64,000 nucleotides of DNA from an uncultured Chloroflexia bacterium (GCA_963700285.1 CAVOXA010000010.1:256001-320000); one strand, 5' to 3'; counted from the stretch's first letter, positions 19,680 through 30,189 are shown. Made by a program: numbers and translations. Notes: generated by a model from the sequence alone, not told the origin.

Positions 19680-21470
19680 ATGAAACAGCTCAGTATTGTA
19701 CTCTGTCTGGTCGTGATCGTTTCATTGGTGGCTGCCTGTGGTGGTGCGGAGCCACAGGTCATCAAAGAGACTGTCATCGTCGAACAGACGGTCAAGGAGA
19801 CCGTCATCGTGGAAGGCACCGCCCAGGTGGTAGAGAAGGTGGTGACCGAGATCGTGGAAAAAGAGGTCGAGAAGGTGATCACCGCCACTCCCAAAGAGGA
19901 AGAGGAAACCTTTGTGATCGTCGGTGACCCCCAATCGCTCGAGTTTCTCAATCTGATGTATACTCAGGGAGGAAACTCACTGCTCGCTTCCAAGCTGGCC
20001 CAGCGAGGGCTGCTTTGGCTCGACGAGAACGGCAACTGGGTACCCGAGGCGGCGACCGAGGTCCCTTCGGCTGACAATGGTGGGATTTCCGGCAACAGTG
20101 TCACGTACAAGCTCCGAGAGGGCCTGACCTTCCACGATGGCACCCCCTTAACAGCCGACGCCTTTAAGGCTACCTGGGAGGCCATTATGGATCCGGGCAA
20201 CACACCTATTACCCGCACCGGATACGACAAGATCGAGTCGATTGACACACCAGACGACTATACGCTGACGATCAACTTTGCGGAGCCCTATGCGTCGTGG
20301 CCTATCCTCTTTGACTATGTATTCCCCAGACACGTCATCGAAGAGAACTCCCCTGGGCTGGATGAATCTGAGGCCATGCGGCAACCAGTGGGCATTGGTC
20401 CCTACAAAGTCATCGAATGGAGGCCAGGTGAATACATCGAATACGAAGCTTTTGATGGCTATTGGCGGGGCCGGCCCAATATCGACCGTCTGATCTGGCG
20501 CATCATCCCCAGTGACGAGGCGCTGGTCGCTGCGCTCGAAGCTGGAGAAGTCGATATTCTCAGGTCTACGCCATCAACGTACATGCCTCACCTCATGGAA
20601 CTTGAGGAACAGGGCATGATTGCGATGTATCCCCCCATAGGCGGCGGCATGGGCTCAGAGCGTTATCACATGAACCCTGGCGTGCCTATCTTCCAGAATC
20701 ACAATGTCCGCCTCGCACTCCAACATGCCGTGGACAAGCAGAAAATCATCAACGAAGTACTGGAAGTTCCGGCGATGATCCCCTACCCTAGCGAGTGGAA
20801 CGGCAATCCCTACGTCAACACCGAGCTTGTGGACTATGAGTACGATCCAGAGCTGGCTGCCCAGTTGCTGGATGAGGTGGGCTGGAGGGATGAAGACGGC
20901 GATGGCATACGAGAAGCACACAATGTGGGATATGGTGACATCGCAGACGGTACGCCCATGAGCTTTGTCCATACCACAACCACCGAGAGCCAACAGCGGG
21001 AGAACGTACAACTCGTCGTCCAGCAGATGTTCAAGGACATTGGCGTCGACATGCAGATCGAAAACCGGCAGTCCGCGATCTTGTTCACTACGTGGGACCA
21101 GGGTGGTGGTTGGTCTCATGGCGATTACGAGATGGCCGGCTGGGCTGATTCCATCAGGACACCCGAGCCCGAGGCATCCCAGCGATTCCTATGCAGCCAG
21201 ATCGCCTCTGAAGAGAACCCAGGCGGAGCGCAGTGGATGCGCTACTGCAACCCTGAAGTAGACGAATTGCTCCTGGCCCAGCAAACGGAGTTTGATCCTG
21301 CAAAGCGAAGAGAGCTTCTCTGGCAGGCCCAGCAACTCATTCACGACGATGCCTACACGATCCATCTATTCAGAACACTCACTGACCTCGCTGCGGATGC
21401 CGAGCTACAGCACTTGGAAAACCGCCCCTATGTCGCCTTTGTCGGCAACATCGAGGAACTGGAATGGTAG
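19680..21470 (+). CDS. Peptide/nickel ABC substrate-binding lipoprotein (family 5)
   Basis: LVAAC lipobox, LREG.TFHDG.PLTA, VRLAL..AVD and YCNPEVD motifs. Confidence 0.95.
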   Translation: MKQLSIVLCLVVIVSLVAACGGAEPQVIKETVIVEQTVKETVIVEGTAQVVEKVVTEIVEKEVEKVITATPKEEEETFVIVGDPQSLEFLNLMYTQGGNSLLASKLAQRGLLWLDENGNWVPEAATEVPSADNGGISGNSVTYKLREGLTFHDGTPLTADAFKATWEAIMDPGNTPITRTGYDKIESIDTPDDYTLTINFAEPYASWPILFDYVFPRHVIEENSPGLDESEAMRQPVGIGPYKVIEWRPGEYIEYEAFDGYWRGRPNIDRLIWRIIPSDEALVAALEAGEVDILRSTPSTYMPHLMELEEQGMIAMYPPIGGGMGSERYHMNPGVPIFQNHNVRLALQHAVDKQKIINEVLEVPAMIPYPSEWNGNPYVNTELVDYEYDPELAAQLLDEVGWRDEDGDGIREAHNVGYGDIADGTPMSFVHTTTTESQQRENVQLVVQQMFKDIGVDMQIENRQSAILFTTWDQGGGWSHGDYEMAGWADSIRTPEPEASQRFLCSQIASEENPGGAQWMRYCNPEVDELLLAQQTEFDPAKRRELLWQAQQLIHDDAYTIHLFRTLTDLAADAELQHLENRPYVAFVGNIEELEW

Positions 21471-21499
21471 GAGCTTGAGATAGCAGTCCTAGAATGTCC

Positions 21500-21533
21500 G
21501 GGGACCCCTAGTTTGTGAGGGCTGGGGGTCCCC
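21500..21533 (+). terminator. Stem-loop after the SBP gene
   Basis: GGGGACCCCTAG...CTGGGGGTCCCC; no U tract, so possibly a stabilising hairpin. Confidence 0.45.
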
Positions 21534-21675
21534 GTAGGCTAAAGCTCGAGACAGGGAGGAACTCTGGGGGGAAGGTTGGATTGTCCCGCATTGCCTCGGC
21601 ACGGTAGCAACAGTGCTCATTGCGGAATGGAGCGTTTCCGGCTGCCATTTCGAGAATCTCGGAGGTTCGTTCAGG

Positions 21676-22641
21676 ATGACTGCCTACGTCGTACGTAGAC
21701 TGCTGCAGACGATACCAATCATCCTTATCATATCGCTTTTTGGTTTCATGATCATCAGCGCGACCGGTGATCCGTTGGCTGCCTATACGGTCGATGCCTC
21801 CCTTTCCGGGGAAGATATCGCCCGCTTGCGCGCCAAATATGGCCTGGACCAACCCGTTCCTATCCAGTACTTGAACTGGCTGAGGAACTTGGTCGTCGGT
21901 GATTGGGGTCGCTCCTTCTACACCAAGAAACTTGTTTTCGACATGGTGATCGAAACGCTGCCGAATACGCTGCTCTTGGTCACAGTATCCTACACCGCGA
22001 CCCTCATCGCGGCGGTCATATTGGGCATCGTCACAGCCGTCCGCCAGTATTCACTGCTTGACCATGGGATCACTTTGGTCAGTTTCGTCGGCATTGCTAT
22101 GCCGGACTTTTGGCTGGGCCTCCTACTTATCACCGCCTTTGCGATCCAGCCCAAGGCTGCAGGACTGCCCTACATGCCCGTGGGTGGGATGTTCGACCAT
22201 CGGGTCGGAAAGACAGTACCGCAGGTTGCATGGCACGTGATTCTGCCCGCTTTTGCGCTATCCTTCAGCATGACCGCGCGTTACGTTCGATACGTTCGCT
22301 CGTCGATCCTCGAGGAACTGAGCCTTGACTATGTTCGGACTGCGCGATCAAAAGGTATGAGGGAAAGCTTGGTGATGGTACGCCACGTCTTAAAGAACGC
22401 GCTCCTGCCCCTGCTGACACTGATCGGGCTCAACATACCCAATCTACTATCCGGTACAATCGTGATCGAATCCATATTCGCCTGGCCAGGGATGGGTCGA
22501 CTGTTCTGGACTGCAGCATCAAGAGTTGATATCCCAATTCTGATGGCTATGCTGATGTTTGTGTCCATTCTGACCGTTTTTTCCGCCGTGGTGACGGACG
22601 TACTCTATGCTGTGGTCGATCCAAGGATCAGGTACTCATGA
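21676..22641 (+). CDS. ABC permease (DppB/OppB-like)
   Basis: YGLDQP..IQY, DYVRTARSKG and DPRIR motifs. Confidence 0.95.
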   Translation: MTAYVVRRLLQTIPIILIISLFGFMIISATGDPLAAYTVDASLSGEDIARLRAKYGLDQPVPIQYLNWLRNLVVGDWGRSFYTKKLVFDMVIETLPNTLLLVTVSYTATLIAAVILGIVTAVRQYSLLDHGITLVSFVGIAMPDFWLGLLLITAFAIQPKAAGLPYMPVGGMFDHRVGKTVPQVAWHVILPAFALSFSMTARYVRYVRSSILEELSLDYVRTARSKGMRESLVMVRHVLKNALLPLLTLIGLNIPNLLSGTIVIESIFAWPGMGRLFWTAASRVDIPILMAMLMFVSILTVFSAVVTDVLYAVVDPRIRYS

Positions 22642-23630
22642 CCGGAGAGGATCCCGCCGCTATGACTTCAGCAGATAGCCACCCAGTTATCCAGCCTTCA
22701 GCCACCAGATCCCCAGCTGGCGATCAGCCAAAGAGTGGGCAAGATGGGAATGGCCGGGTCGCAACCGCGACCCTGGTGAGGCCCGAGGAATCGATCACCC
22801 GCCTGGTATGGCGACGGTTTCGCCGGCACAGACTGGCCACCGTCAGTGCAATGGTTCTGCTGGCTCTGATTGTGATCTGCTTCACGGTGCCCCTGTTCAT
22901 CCCGGAGGACGCTGCCAACGAAGTTAATCTGGATGTAAAGTTGCAGGCCCCTAGCCTGGAACATCCATTTGGGACGGACGCAGTCGGGCGCGATCTGCTC
23001 CTCCGATGCATCTATGGGGGCCAGATCTCTCTTCGCATTGGCATCCTTGCTGCACTGCTCGCGGTGACGACAGGAGTCTTGGTTGGAGCGATTGCCGGGT
23101 ACAATGTTGGTCTGGTCGACAATGTCCTCATGCGCTTCACAGAGGCATTGATGAGCATCCCTACGCTTTTCATCCTTATCGTTCTGGGCCGGATTCTCGG
23201 CCCGAGCCTCACCATTACCACATTCACCATCGGCGCGTTGGCCTGGATGGGCACAGCCCGGCTTGTCCGGGCTGAGATCCTTTCGCTCAAGGAACAGGAT
23301 TTCGTGCTCGCTGCTGGATCGATCGGCGTGCCCCCGAAGAGGATTCTGCTGCAGCATCTCCTGCCGAATGTGGTGGCAGTGATTGTGGTTTCGGCAACAC
23401 TCATGGTTGGTCAGGCGATCATGATGGAAGCAGCACTCAGTTTCTTGGGACTTGGCGTTCAACCGCCCACAGCCACCTGGGGCAACATGCTCAGTCGCGC
23501 CCAAGGCTACCTGCGCGAGGCCCCGTGGATCGCCTTCTTCCCAGGTTTCCTGATCCTGATCACGGTGCTTTGCGTCAACTTTATCGGTGATGGCCTTCGT
23601 GATGCTATGGACCCTCACGCAATCCGCTGA
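22638..23630 (+). CDS. ABC permease (DppC/OppC-like)
   Basis: HPFGTD..GRD, EAALSFLGLG and GDGLRDA motifs. Confidence 0.95.
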   Translation: MTGEDPAAMTSADSHPVIQPSATRSPAGDQPKSGQDGNGRVATATLVRPEESITRLVWRRFRRHRLATVSAMVLLALIVICFTVPLFIPEDAANEVNLDVKLQAPSLEHPFGTDAVGRDLLLRCIYGGQISLRIGILAALLAVTTGVLVGAIAGYNVGLVDNVLMRFTEALMSIPTLFILIVLGRILGPSLTITTFTIGALAWMGTARLVRAEILSLKEQDFVLAAGSIGVPPKRILLQHLLPNVVAVIVVSATLMVGQAIMMEAALSFLGLGVQPPTATWGNMLSRAQGYLREAPWIAFFPGFLILITVLCVNFIGDGLRDAMDPHAIR

Positions 23631-23727
23631 GCAGTACGGACTCTGGCAGTTGCGTGGGCAAACAAGGTGTTCGATCAGGGTCATACGTGACAGCAAGACA
23701 TCAGAAGAAAGACGTGGAGGACAAGCA

Positions 23728-25026
23728 ATGCGGATCTATGAAGCGGATGTGCTGATCGACGGCAGCGGCGCTGCACCCCAGCAGAACGTTGAGATTTTTG
23801 TCGACGAACAGGGCGTAATTCGAGACGTCGCCTCTGCCGGGACCAAAGAGCGACCGGCGGACGCTGTGGTGTATGCCAACCCCGGCAAGACTGCGCTGCC
23901 GGGTTTCATCGATGTCCATGTGCACCTGATGTTCGGAGAAGCCGGCCGCAGCTACAAGGACGTCTGGCACAACGATAGCGATTCCCTGATGGCGTTGCGC
24001 GGCCCGCGCAATGCCTACATTCACCTTCGGGCGGGTGTGACGACGCTGCGTGATGCCGGCGCCGTCCGTGACGTGGGTTTTGCAATCAAAGAGGCTGCTG
24101 AAGCCGGTCTATACCTCACACCACGGATACTCGTCTCCGGCCGTCCTGTGACCATCACCGGCGGGCATTTCTGGTGGTGCGGCCAGGAAGCGGACGGGAC
24201 TGACGCAGTTCGCCGGGCCGTTCGCCAACTGGTCAAACAGGGCGCTGATTTCATCAAGATCATGGCCAGTGGTGGGGGAACCGTCGGTACGGATAGCACA
24301 CGAGCTTCCTATTCCGTGGAGGAGCTAAAGGCCATCGTAGACGAGGCCCACCAATTCGGCCTCCGGACAGCAGCCCACTGCATCTCCGCCGACTCGGTGG
24401 TCAGAGCTGCTGAGGCTGGCGTTGACGAGATCGAACACTTTAACTTTATGCATCCGGACGGCAGCAGGACTTGGGGCCAGGCAGCAGCCGACACGATCTT
24501 GGAAAAAGGGCTCTTTGTAAGCCCAACCATCCAGACAGGCTGGAGCCGGATCGAGCAGCTTCAGCAGAAGCAAGCGGAGGGCACCCTGACCGCTTTGGAG
24601 CACCGGCAGCTCGAGGCCGGTCTCTACAAGACCAACTCCAAGCTGGAGTTCATCGGCCGCTTTCACGAGATGGGTATCCCCATCGCCGCCGGCACCGACT
24701 CGATCTCAAAGTTTGGTGACTATGCCATTGGGCTCGAGCTGCTGCACCGGGCCGGCCTGTCGCCGATGGACGTGATCATGTCGGCGACAAGTATAGCCGC
24801 AAGGTCAATCGGTATGGAGGACAAAGTCGGCACAGTGAAACCTGGCATGCTGGCCGACCTGGTCTATGTCGACGGGGATCCACTGGCTGACGTCAAGGTT
24901 CTTGACCAGGTTGCTGCAGTTGTCCTGAACGGGCAGCTTGTGGTTGACAAGCGGCTCGAATCGGCGGTGGATGTGCCGGCGCATGCAAAAGGCAAGGTCG
25001 TTCTATCACCGATCCCTGGATGCTAG
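23728..25026 (+). CDS. Amidohydrolase (prolidase-like subgroup)
   Basis: PGFIDVHVH, GVTTLRD, IKIMASGG, AAHC, IEH and AGTD motifs. Confidence 0.9.
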   Translation: MRIYEADVLIDGSGAAPQQNVEIFVDEQGVIRDVASAGTKERPADAVVYANPGKTALPGFIDVHVHLMFGEAGRSYKDVWHNDSDSLMALRGPRNAYIHLRAGVTTLRDAGAVRDVGFAIKEAAEAGLYLTPRILVSGRPVTITGGHFWWCGQEADGTDAVRRAVRQLVKQGADFIKIMASGGGTVGTDSTRASYSVEELKAIVDEAHQFGLRTAAHCISADSVVRAAEAGVDEIEHFNFMHPDGSRTWGQAAADTILEKGLFVSPTIQTGWSRIEQLQQKQAEGTLTALEHRQLEAGLYKTNSKLEFIGRFHEMGIPIAAGTDSISKFGDYAIGLELLHRAGLSPMDVIMSATSIAARSIGMEDKVGTVKPGMLADLVYVDGDPLADVKVLDQVAAVVLNGQLVVDKRLESAVDVPAHAKGKVVLSPIPGC

Positions 25027-25082
25027 GCCAGGGACCGAAGAACATTTCTCAGCATCGATTCCATACCACAAAGGAGGTTGTC

Positions 25083-25451
25083 ATGAAAAAAGAAACTATC
25101 TTGGGGAGCCCGGGTGCGCCATATGCCAAGGCAGTGAAGGCCAATGGTTTTCTGTTCGTCTCGGGCAACGTCGCGGTCGATCCAGCGACGGGAAAGGCGC
25201 CAGATGGTATCGGAGCCCAAACCCGCCTCATCCTGGAGAACCTTAAAGGAATCCTGGAAGAGCAAGGCTCATCCCTGGAAGACGTCGTCAAAGTCAATAT
25301 CTACCTTGTGAACGTTCGGGATTTTGGCGAGATGAACGCGGTCTATAAAGAGTTCTTTGGCGCCGAACCGCCAACCCGCACGACAGTAGGCATCCACGAA
25401 TTGGCCCGCAGGGATTTCCTGATCGAGATCGACTTGATGGCAGCGCTCTGA
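25083..25451 (+). CDS. RidA/YjgF-family protein
   Basis: FLFVSG, MN.VY.EFF...PPTRT and IEID motifs. Confidence 0.92.
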   Translation: MKKETILGSPGAPYAKAVKANGFLFVSGNVAVDPATGKAPDGIGAQTRLILENLKGILEEQGSSLEDVVKVNIYLVNVRDFGEMNAVYKEFFGAEPPTRTTVGIHELARRDFLIEIDLMAAL

Positions 25452-25680
25452 TGCCACGATCGGCAGGCTGCAGTACCTGCTCGCAGTAGGCGCTTTCCGT
25501 TCGCCACATATTTCAGTACGCGCCTTGGCGCTGAAGCATGCCCTGAGCACCGTCGAAAGCCGCCTACCACGAACCCCTATCGTGATCTACTGAGAGCAGG
25601 CTGAGTGACTCTGCCGTCACAGGGATTCAAACCTATGGCTCTGTCCAAGGTCGACAGGGCCGAAGAGGTGTCCCACTGAA

Positions 25681-25728
25681 AGGGAAGACAGCACGTGGAT
25701 GTCCTTCTTTCCAGGTGCTGTCTTCCCT
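25681..25728. terminator. Strong hairpin
   Basis: AGGGAAGACAGCAC / GTGCTGTCTTCCCT, 14-bp IR. Confidence 0.5.
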
Positions 25729-25767
25729 CAGCATCAGTAAAGAACTGACGGTTTCAAGACACCGTCT

Positions 25768-27084
25768 TTGAAGGGCCAATGGAATGTAACACCTGGAGGT
25801 CGAGATCTGGTGGGTATCGCCTTTGATGTCCAGGAGTTTTGGGGCCTGTCCGACGCCAAAATTGCATTGGAATCGGCTCTAGTCCCATCCTCCGACCCCA
25901 TCGCCGCCTTTGAAGGGGCATTTGCGGATTACGTCGGGGGCCTGGACGCCGCTTTCCTGGTCAGTGGGCGAGAGGCGATCTACCAAGGGCTCAAGCTGGT
26001 AGGAGTTGGGTCGGGGGACCAGGTGCTCCTTTCCGCCTTCAACTGCTCCCGCGTGGCCGATGCGGTGTTGCGCTGCCGCGCTGTTCCCATCCTGGTCGAC
26101 ATCAGGCTGCCCGGCGGCGAGATCGACTTGGATCTTGTTCTTCAAACGCTGTCTCCCAAGGTTCGGGCCGTGATCGTCCCTCACCTGTATGGCATCCCCG
26201 TGGACCTGCGCGGTATCAAGGAGGAATTGGAGCAGCAGGACATCGCCCTCATCGAAGACTGCGCGCACTGCCTGGGCGCCTCAGTCGGGGGCACCCCGGC
26301 TGGAAGCCAGGGCAGCTTTTCCATCTTTTCCTTCAATACCGGCAAACCCATGACGCTGGCAAACGGCGGAATGCTAGTCTGCTCGGATCCCGGAGAGCTG
26401 GAATGTTTCAGGTGCTTGAAGGCGCAATGGAAAGATCAGCTTTCAGCAGACCCGAAAGGGGAATACGAGTACATTGAGCGGACGATGGAGGCGATGACGA
26501 CCATGCGTCGCAGCGCCAGAAAGGGAAACCCGCCCAAACAGCCGGTTGCGGCAAAACCAAAATCCTGGCGACCGCCAGCCGGACACGCCGGGCTCTGGCT
26601 GTACAACCGTCTTCGTCCGGCCCTACCCCTCACGCATCCATTCAACGAGGAGTTTTTCGCGGTGGGAGCTGTGCGCGCCCATTTGGGGCTTGCGCTACTG
26701 CGCAGATGGCCTGAGATCAAGGAGATCCGCGATCGACAAGCGGAGTATCTCAGGGCCCGAATCCGCCAGCGGCCATGGGGAGACATTCCGACAGTGGCAG
26801 CGAACATTGAACCAGCCTACTACAAGGTGAATCTGTTCGCTGGAGAACTGACGGCAGCACAGGTAGAGCAGGCCATCACCCGCCTTCGACGTGCCGGCTT
26901 CTGGGCCGGCAGGTGGCCCTTCCTCGAGGACATTCCCCACCTCGTTGGACGGTTCCGGGGTAGATCCAAGCTTCCCAATATGCGCAGAATGGCGCGCCAC
27001 GGCCTGCACCTGCCCATTCATCAGGAGATGAGTGATGAGGATCTAGATCAGATGCTTGATATCCTGTATTCGGTACAGCCCTGA
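25768..27084 (+). CDS. DegT/DnrJ/EryC1/StrS-family aminotransferase
   Basis: SGREA, HLYG, IEDCAH, FSF..GK and LPIH motifs; start codon uncertain. Confidence 0.85.
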   Translation: MKGQWNVTPGGRDLVGIAFDVQEFWGLSDAKIALESALVPSSDPIAAFEGAFADYVGGLDAAFLVSGREAIYQGLKLVGVGSGDQVLLSAFNCSRVADAVLRCRAVPILVDIRLPGGEIDLDLVLQTLSPKVRAVIVPHLYGIPVDLRGIKEELEQQDIALIEDCAHCLGASVGGTPAGSQGSFSIFSFNTGKPMTLANGGMLVCSDPGELECFRCLKAQWKDQLSADPKGEYEYIERTMEAMTTMRRSARKGNPPKQPVAAKPKSWRPPAGHAGLWLYNRLRPALPLTHPFNEEFFAVGAVRAHLGLALLRRWPEIKEIRDRQAEYLRARIRQRPWGDIPTVAANIEPAYYKVNLFAGELTAAQVEQAITRLRRAGFWAGRWPFLEDIPHLVGRFRGRSKLPNMRRMARHGLHLPIHQEMSDEDLDQMLDILYSVQP

Positions 27085-27134
27085 GTTCGTTACATCTATG
27101 GTTGCAGAGGCAAAGTCTGTTGTCATCATAGGAG

Positions 27135-28580
27135 ATGAGGAAAATGACGAGACGAAATAAAGTTCATCGGTTCATTGAGGAGCAGGCGGACCAACACCTG
27201 GAACGACTGCGGGATTTCCTGGCCCAACCAAGCGTCAGTCAGGAAGGCGAGGAAGGCGTCCGCGCGTGTGCGGATCTGTTGTTGGGCTACTTTCAGAAAC
27301 TCGGCTGCCGGGAGGCAGAACTTGTGGAGACGTCCGGCCTTCCGGCCGTATGGGCCTACTATGACGCCGGGGCGCCAAAGACCGTGGCGGTCTATGGCTT
27401 TTATGACACCAACGTGCTGGGCAGCCATTGGGACTATCCTCCCTATGAGACTGTCGTGGCTGAACTCGCACCCTTTGAAGCCGTGGTATACGGGCCGGGT
27501 CCAAGTCAGAAAGGCGGGTTAGTAACCTTCCTGAACGCGCTGTCAGCCATCGAAGCAGTGGAAGGCAATCTGCCCGTCAACTTGATGTTCGTCTGTGAGG
27601 GTGAGGAGTGGTTAGGGAGTCCCCACATCCCCATGCTTATCGACCGCTACCGCGACTACCTGGCCCAGGCCGATACCTTTCTTAGCCCTACTGCCTGCCA
27701 GACAGCTACAGGGGAGGTGACCGTTTACCTGGGCAACAAGGGCTGCATTCACATCGAGCTGGAATGCTCCGGTGACCGATGGGGACGAGGGCCCATCGGC
27801 GGCCCGCTGCACTCCTCGCGCCAGCCGGTCGTCGACGCTCCAGTATGGCGGCTCGTGCAGGCCCTGGCCACCTTCTACGACCCCACCATCAACCGGAGCC
27901 TGGTCGAGGGTTTCTACGACGGCCTGCTCGAGCCCACGGCCGAGGAGCAGATTCTGATTGACGAACTGGCCGAGCGCTACCGGGGCCGGGAAGCAGCCGC
28001 CGTCGGCTGCGGGTCGGTACGGCACCTCAGCGGCGATGTCTCCGGGCGGGATGTTTTTGTGAACATGTGCTTCGAACCGACGATGAACATCAGTGGACTA
28101 CGGGCTGGCTACACCGGGCCCGGGACCAAGTTCTGGACGCTGCCCCACGCAGGCTTTTGCAATATCGACGCCCGGCTCCCGGCAAACATGGACCCAGTAA
28201 TCCTATTGCAGCAGATTCGAGACCACCTGGACCGACATGGCTATAGCGATATCGGAATGAAGGTACTAGAGTCCACGCCCAGCGCCCACACACTCACGAT
28301 GCAGGATGAGGTCACCCAGGCAGCGCTGCGTGTGTTCCGGGCATGGGATGTCGAGCCGGTCATTTGGCCACGCGCGGGGTCAGGTGGACCCACTGGGCAT
28401 TTCAGCCGTCTGTTGGAACTCAAGCCCCTAATCTCAACCGGCATGGGGCACAGTGGCCATGCCGGAGACAATGAATTTCTGGTAGTAAAGGGGAATGACA
28501 AGGTCGGTGGTCTGGTGGAATTGGCAAAGTCCTTTGTCGACTTGCTGTACAGCTATGCGGCCTACCCTGATGACTTCTGA
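27135..28580 (+). CDS. M20/M25/M40 metallohydrolase, atypical
   Basis: QPSVS, LPVNLMFVCEGEE, LGNKG and GYTGPG motifs; several metal ligands substituted. Confidence 0.85.
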   Translation: MRKMTRRNKVHRFIEEQADQHLERLRDFLAQPSVSQEGEEGVRACADLLLGYFQKLGCREAELVETSGLPAVWAYYDAGAPKTVAVYGFYDTNVLGSHWDYPPYETVVAELAPFEAVVYGPGPSQKGGLVTFLNALSAIEAVEGNLPVNLMFVCEGEEWLGSPHIPMLIDRYRDYLAQADTFLSPTACQTATGEVTVYLGNKGCIHIELECSGDRWGRGPIGGPLHSSRQPVVDAPVWRLVQALATFYDPTINRSLVEGFYDGLLEPTAEEQILIDELAERYRGREAAAVGCGSVRHLSGDVSGRDVFVNMCFEPTMNISGLRAGYTGPGTKFWTLPHAGFCNIDARLPANMDPVILLQQIRDHLDRHGYSDIGMKVLESTPSAHTLTMQDEVTQAALRVFRAWDVEPVIWPRAGSGGPTGHFSRLLELKPLISTGMGHSGHAGDNEFLVVKGNDKVGGLVELAKSFVDLLYSYAAYPDDF

Positions 28581-28622
28581 GACGCGTCCAGCCATGGCCC
28601 CATCCTCGGGAAATGGATCAGT

Positions 28623-28685
28623 TTGACAGACGGTAGAACACGTGCTACACTGTCCAGACCATCGCTTCTGTCGACAATCGACGAT
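28623..28685 (+). promoter_or_regulatory. Promoter and probable GntR operator
   Basis: TTGACA-17 nt-TACACT, then the palindrome TGTCGACA followed by ATCGAC. Confidence 0.6.
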
Positions 28686-28757
28686 ATGGCGCCGATGAAC
28701 GCTGGCATGGAGAGCCTGCCTGCCAGCATCTCTCACACAACAGAGGTCCAAGCACAG

Positions 28758-29474
28758 ATGTCAGAGTTGCTTCCGTTGCAACCCCTCAAGGTACTAAATC
28801 TACGCGAGCATATCGAGCGCCTCGTCCGCAATGCCATCCTGGGCGGCGACTTTGAGCCTGGCGAACGCCTGGTCGAGTCGGCCATCGCCGAGCAGCTCAA
28901 TGTCAGCCGGGCGCCCGTGCGCGAGGCGCTGGCCGGCCTGGAACGGGAAGGTGTCGTCGTTCACGTCCCCCGCAGGGGCTATTCCGTCATCAAGTTCACG
29001 GACAAGGATGTCCAAGAGATCTATAGCCTTCGCCTGTTGCTGGAGACCGAGGCATTGCGCCGGGCGGTGAGGCGCGCCTCCGAGCAGGATCTGGCCGAGA
29101 TGCAGCGCATCGTGGATGAGCTGGGCGAGGCGGTACTGGAGCAGACAGACGCCGAGCGGATCGTTGAGCTGGACCTCTCCTTCCACGGGTACATCTGTCG
29201 CATGGCCGATCACAGCCGGCTATACGCCGCCTGGCAGAGCACGAGTACCCAGGCACGGATCCTGATCGGCTTGACCAGCCGGACGTTCTATCACCAACCT
29301 GAGCAGCCCAAAGAACTACATCAGCGCATTCTGGAAACCATTCGGAAAAAAGACCTGGAACGCGGAGAAGCGTACCTTACTGACCACATCTTGGACGCTC
29401 AACGGCGGGCGAGTCTGGCGCGCCAGCAAGTAGCGCGCGACAGACTGCCCGAAGGGAAAACGGAGACCCATTGA
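28758..29474 (+). CDS. GntR-family (FCD) transcriptional regulator
   Basis: PGERLVE..IAEQLNVSRAPVREAL; D..FH. Confidence 0.95.
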   Translation: MSELLPLQPLKVLNLREHIERLVRNAILGGDFEPGERLVESAIAEQLNVSRAPVREALAGLEREGVVVHVPRRGYSVIKFTDKDVQEIYSLRLLLETEALRRAVRRASEQDLAEMQRIVDELGEAVLEQTDAERIVELDLSFHGYICRMADHSRLYAAWQSTSTQARILIGLTSRTFYHQPEQPKELHQRILETIRKKDLERGEAYLTDHILDAQRRASLARQQVARDRLPEGKTETH

Positions 29475-30181
29475 TGAAAATCCTGATCATCAATCCCAAT
29501 ACTTCGGAGCAGATGACCGACAAGATCCGGGCGGTAGCGGAAGAGGCCAAGGGTCACGACTGCCAGGTCACGGTCGTCTGCCCCCAGCATGGTCCGATCA
29601 CCATCGAGTCGTCGTACGATGAGGCCTTTGCCATTGCGCCAACTATCGACCTTGTCAGGCAGGCTAGCGAGGAAGACTATGACGCCATCATTCTAGCTTG
29701 TTTCTGCGAAGTTGGCGTTGAAGCAGCCAGGGAGATCTCGTCGATCCCGGTCCTGGGGCTGGAGGAAGCAACGCTGTCCATCGCCCTGCTGCTGGGTGAA
29801 AAGTTTGGCATCATGACCGAGAAACGCCCTCGGGTGGCGATGAAGGTACGTCACATCCGCCGCTACGGCCTGCTGGAGCGCCTGGCCGCGGTCCGCCCCC
29901 TCGAACTGTCGGTAGCCGAGCTGGCTGCTGATCCGGAGGGGACAAAGACAGCCGGACTCGCACTGGCACGCCGCATGGTGGAGGAGGATGGCGCCGAAGT
30001 GATCATCATGGGCTGCGCAGCCATGGCGGGCTACAGCGACGACCTGGAGAAGGAGCTTGGCATCCCTGTCCTGGACCCGCTCAAGGTGTCCTTGAAGGTA
30101 GCCGAATCCCTGGTACACCTGGGGCTGACCCATAGCCGGGTCGGGTTGTACGCGCCACCAACGCCCAAGGAGTTCAAGTAG
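29471..30181 (+). CDS. Hydantoin/allantoin racemase (Asp/Glu racemase family)
   Basis: INPNTS, ACF and MGCAAM catalytic cysteine motifs. Confidence 0.92.
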   Translation: MMKILIINPNTSEQMTDKIRAVAEEAKGHDCQVTVVCPQHGPITIESSYDEAFAIAPTIDLVRQASEEDYDAIILACFCEVGVEAAREISSIPVLGLEEATLSIALLLGEKFGIMTEKRPRVAMKVRHIRRYGLLERLAAVRPLELSVAELAADPEGTKTAGLALARRMVEEDGAEVIIMGCAAMAGYSDDLEKELGIPVLDPLKVSLKVAESLVHLGLTHSRVGLYAPPTPKEFK

Positions 30182-30189
30182 CGAGAGCA

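Noticed and set aside
19755-19895. VIKETVIVE/VEKVV repeats in the SBP
   Set aside because: This is a common N-terminal stalk in lipoproteins of this lineage, not a separate feature
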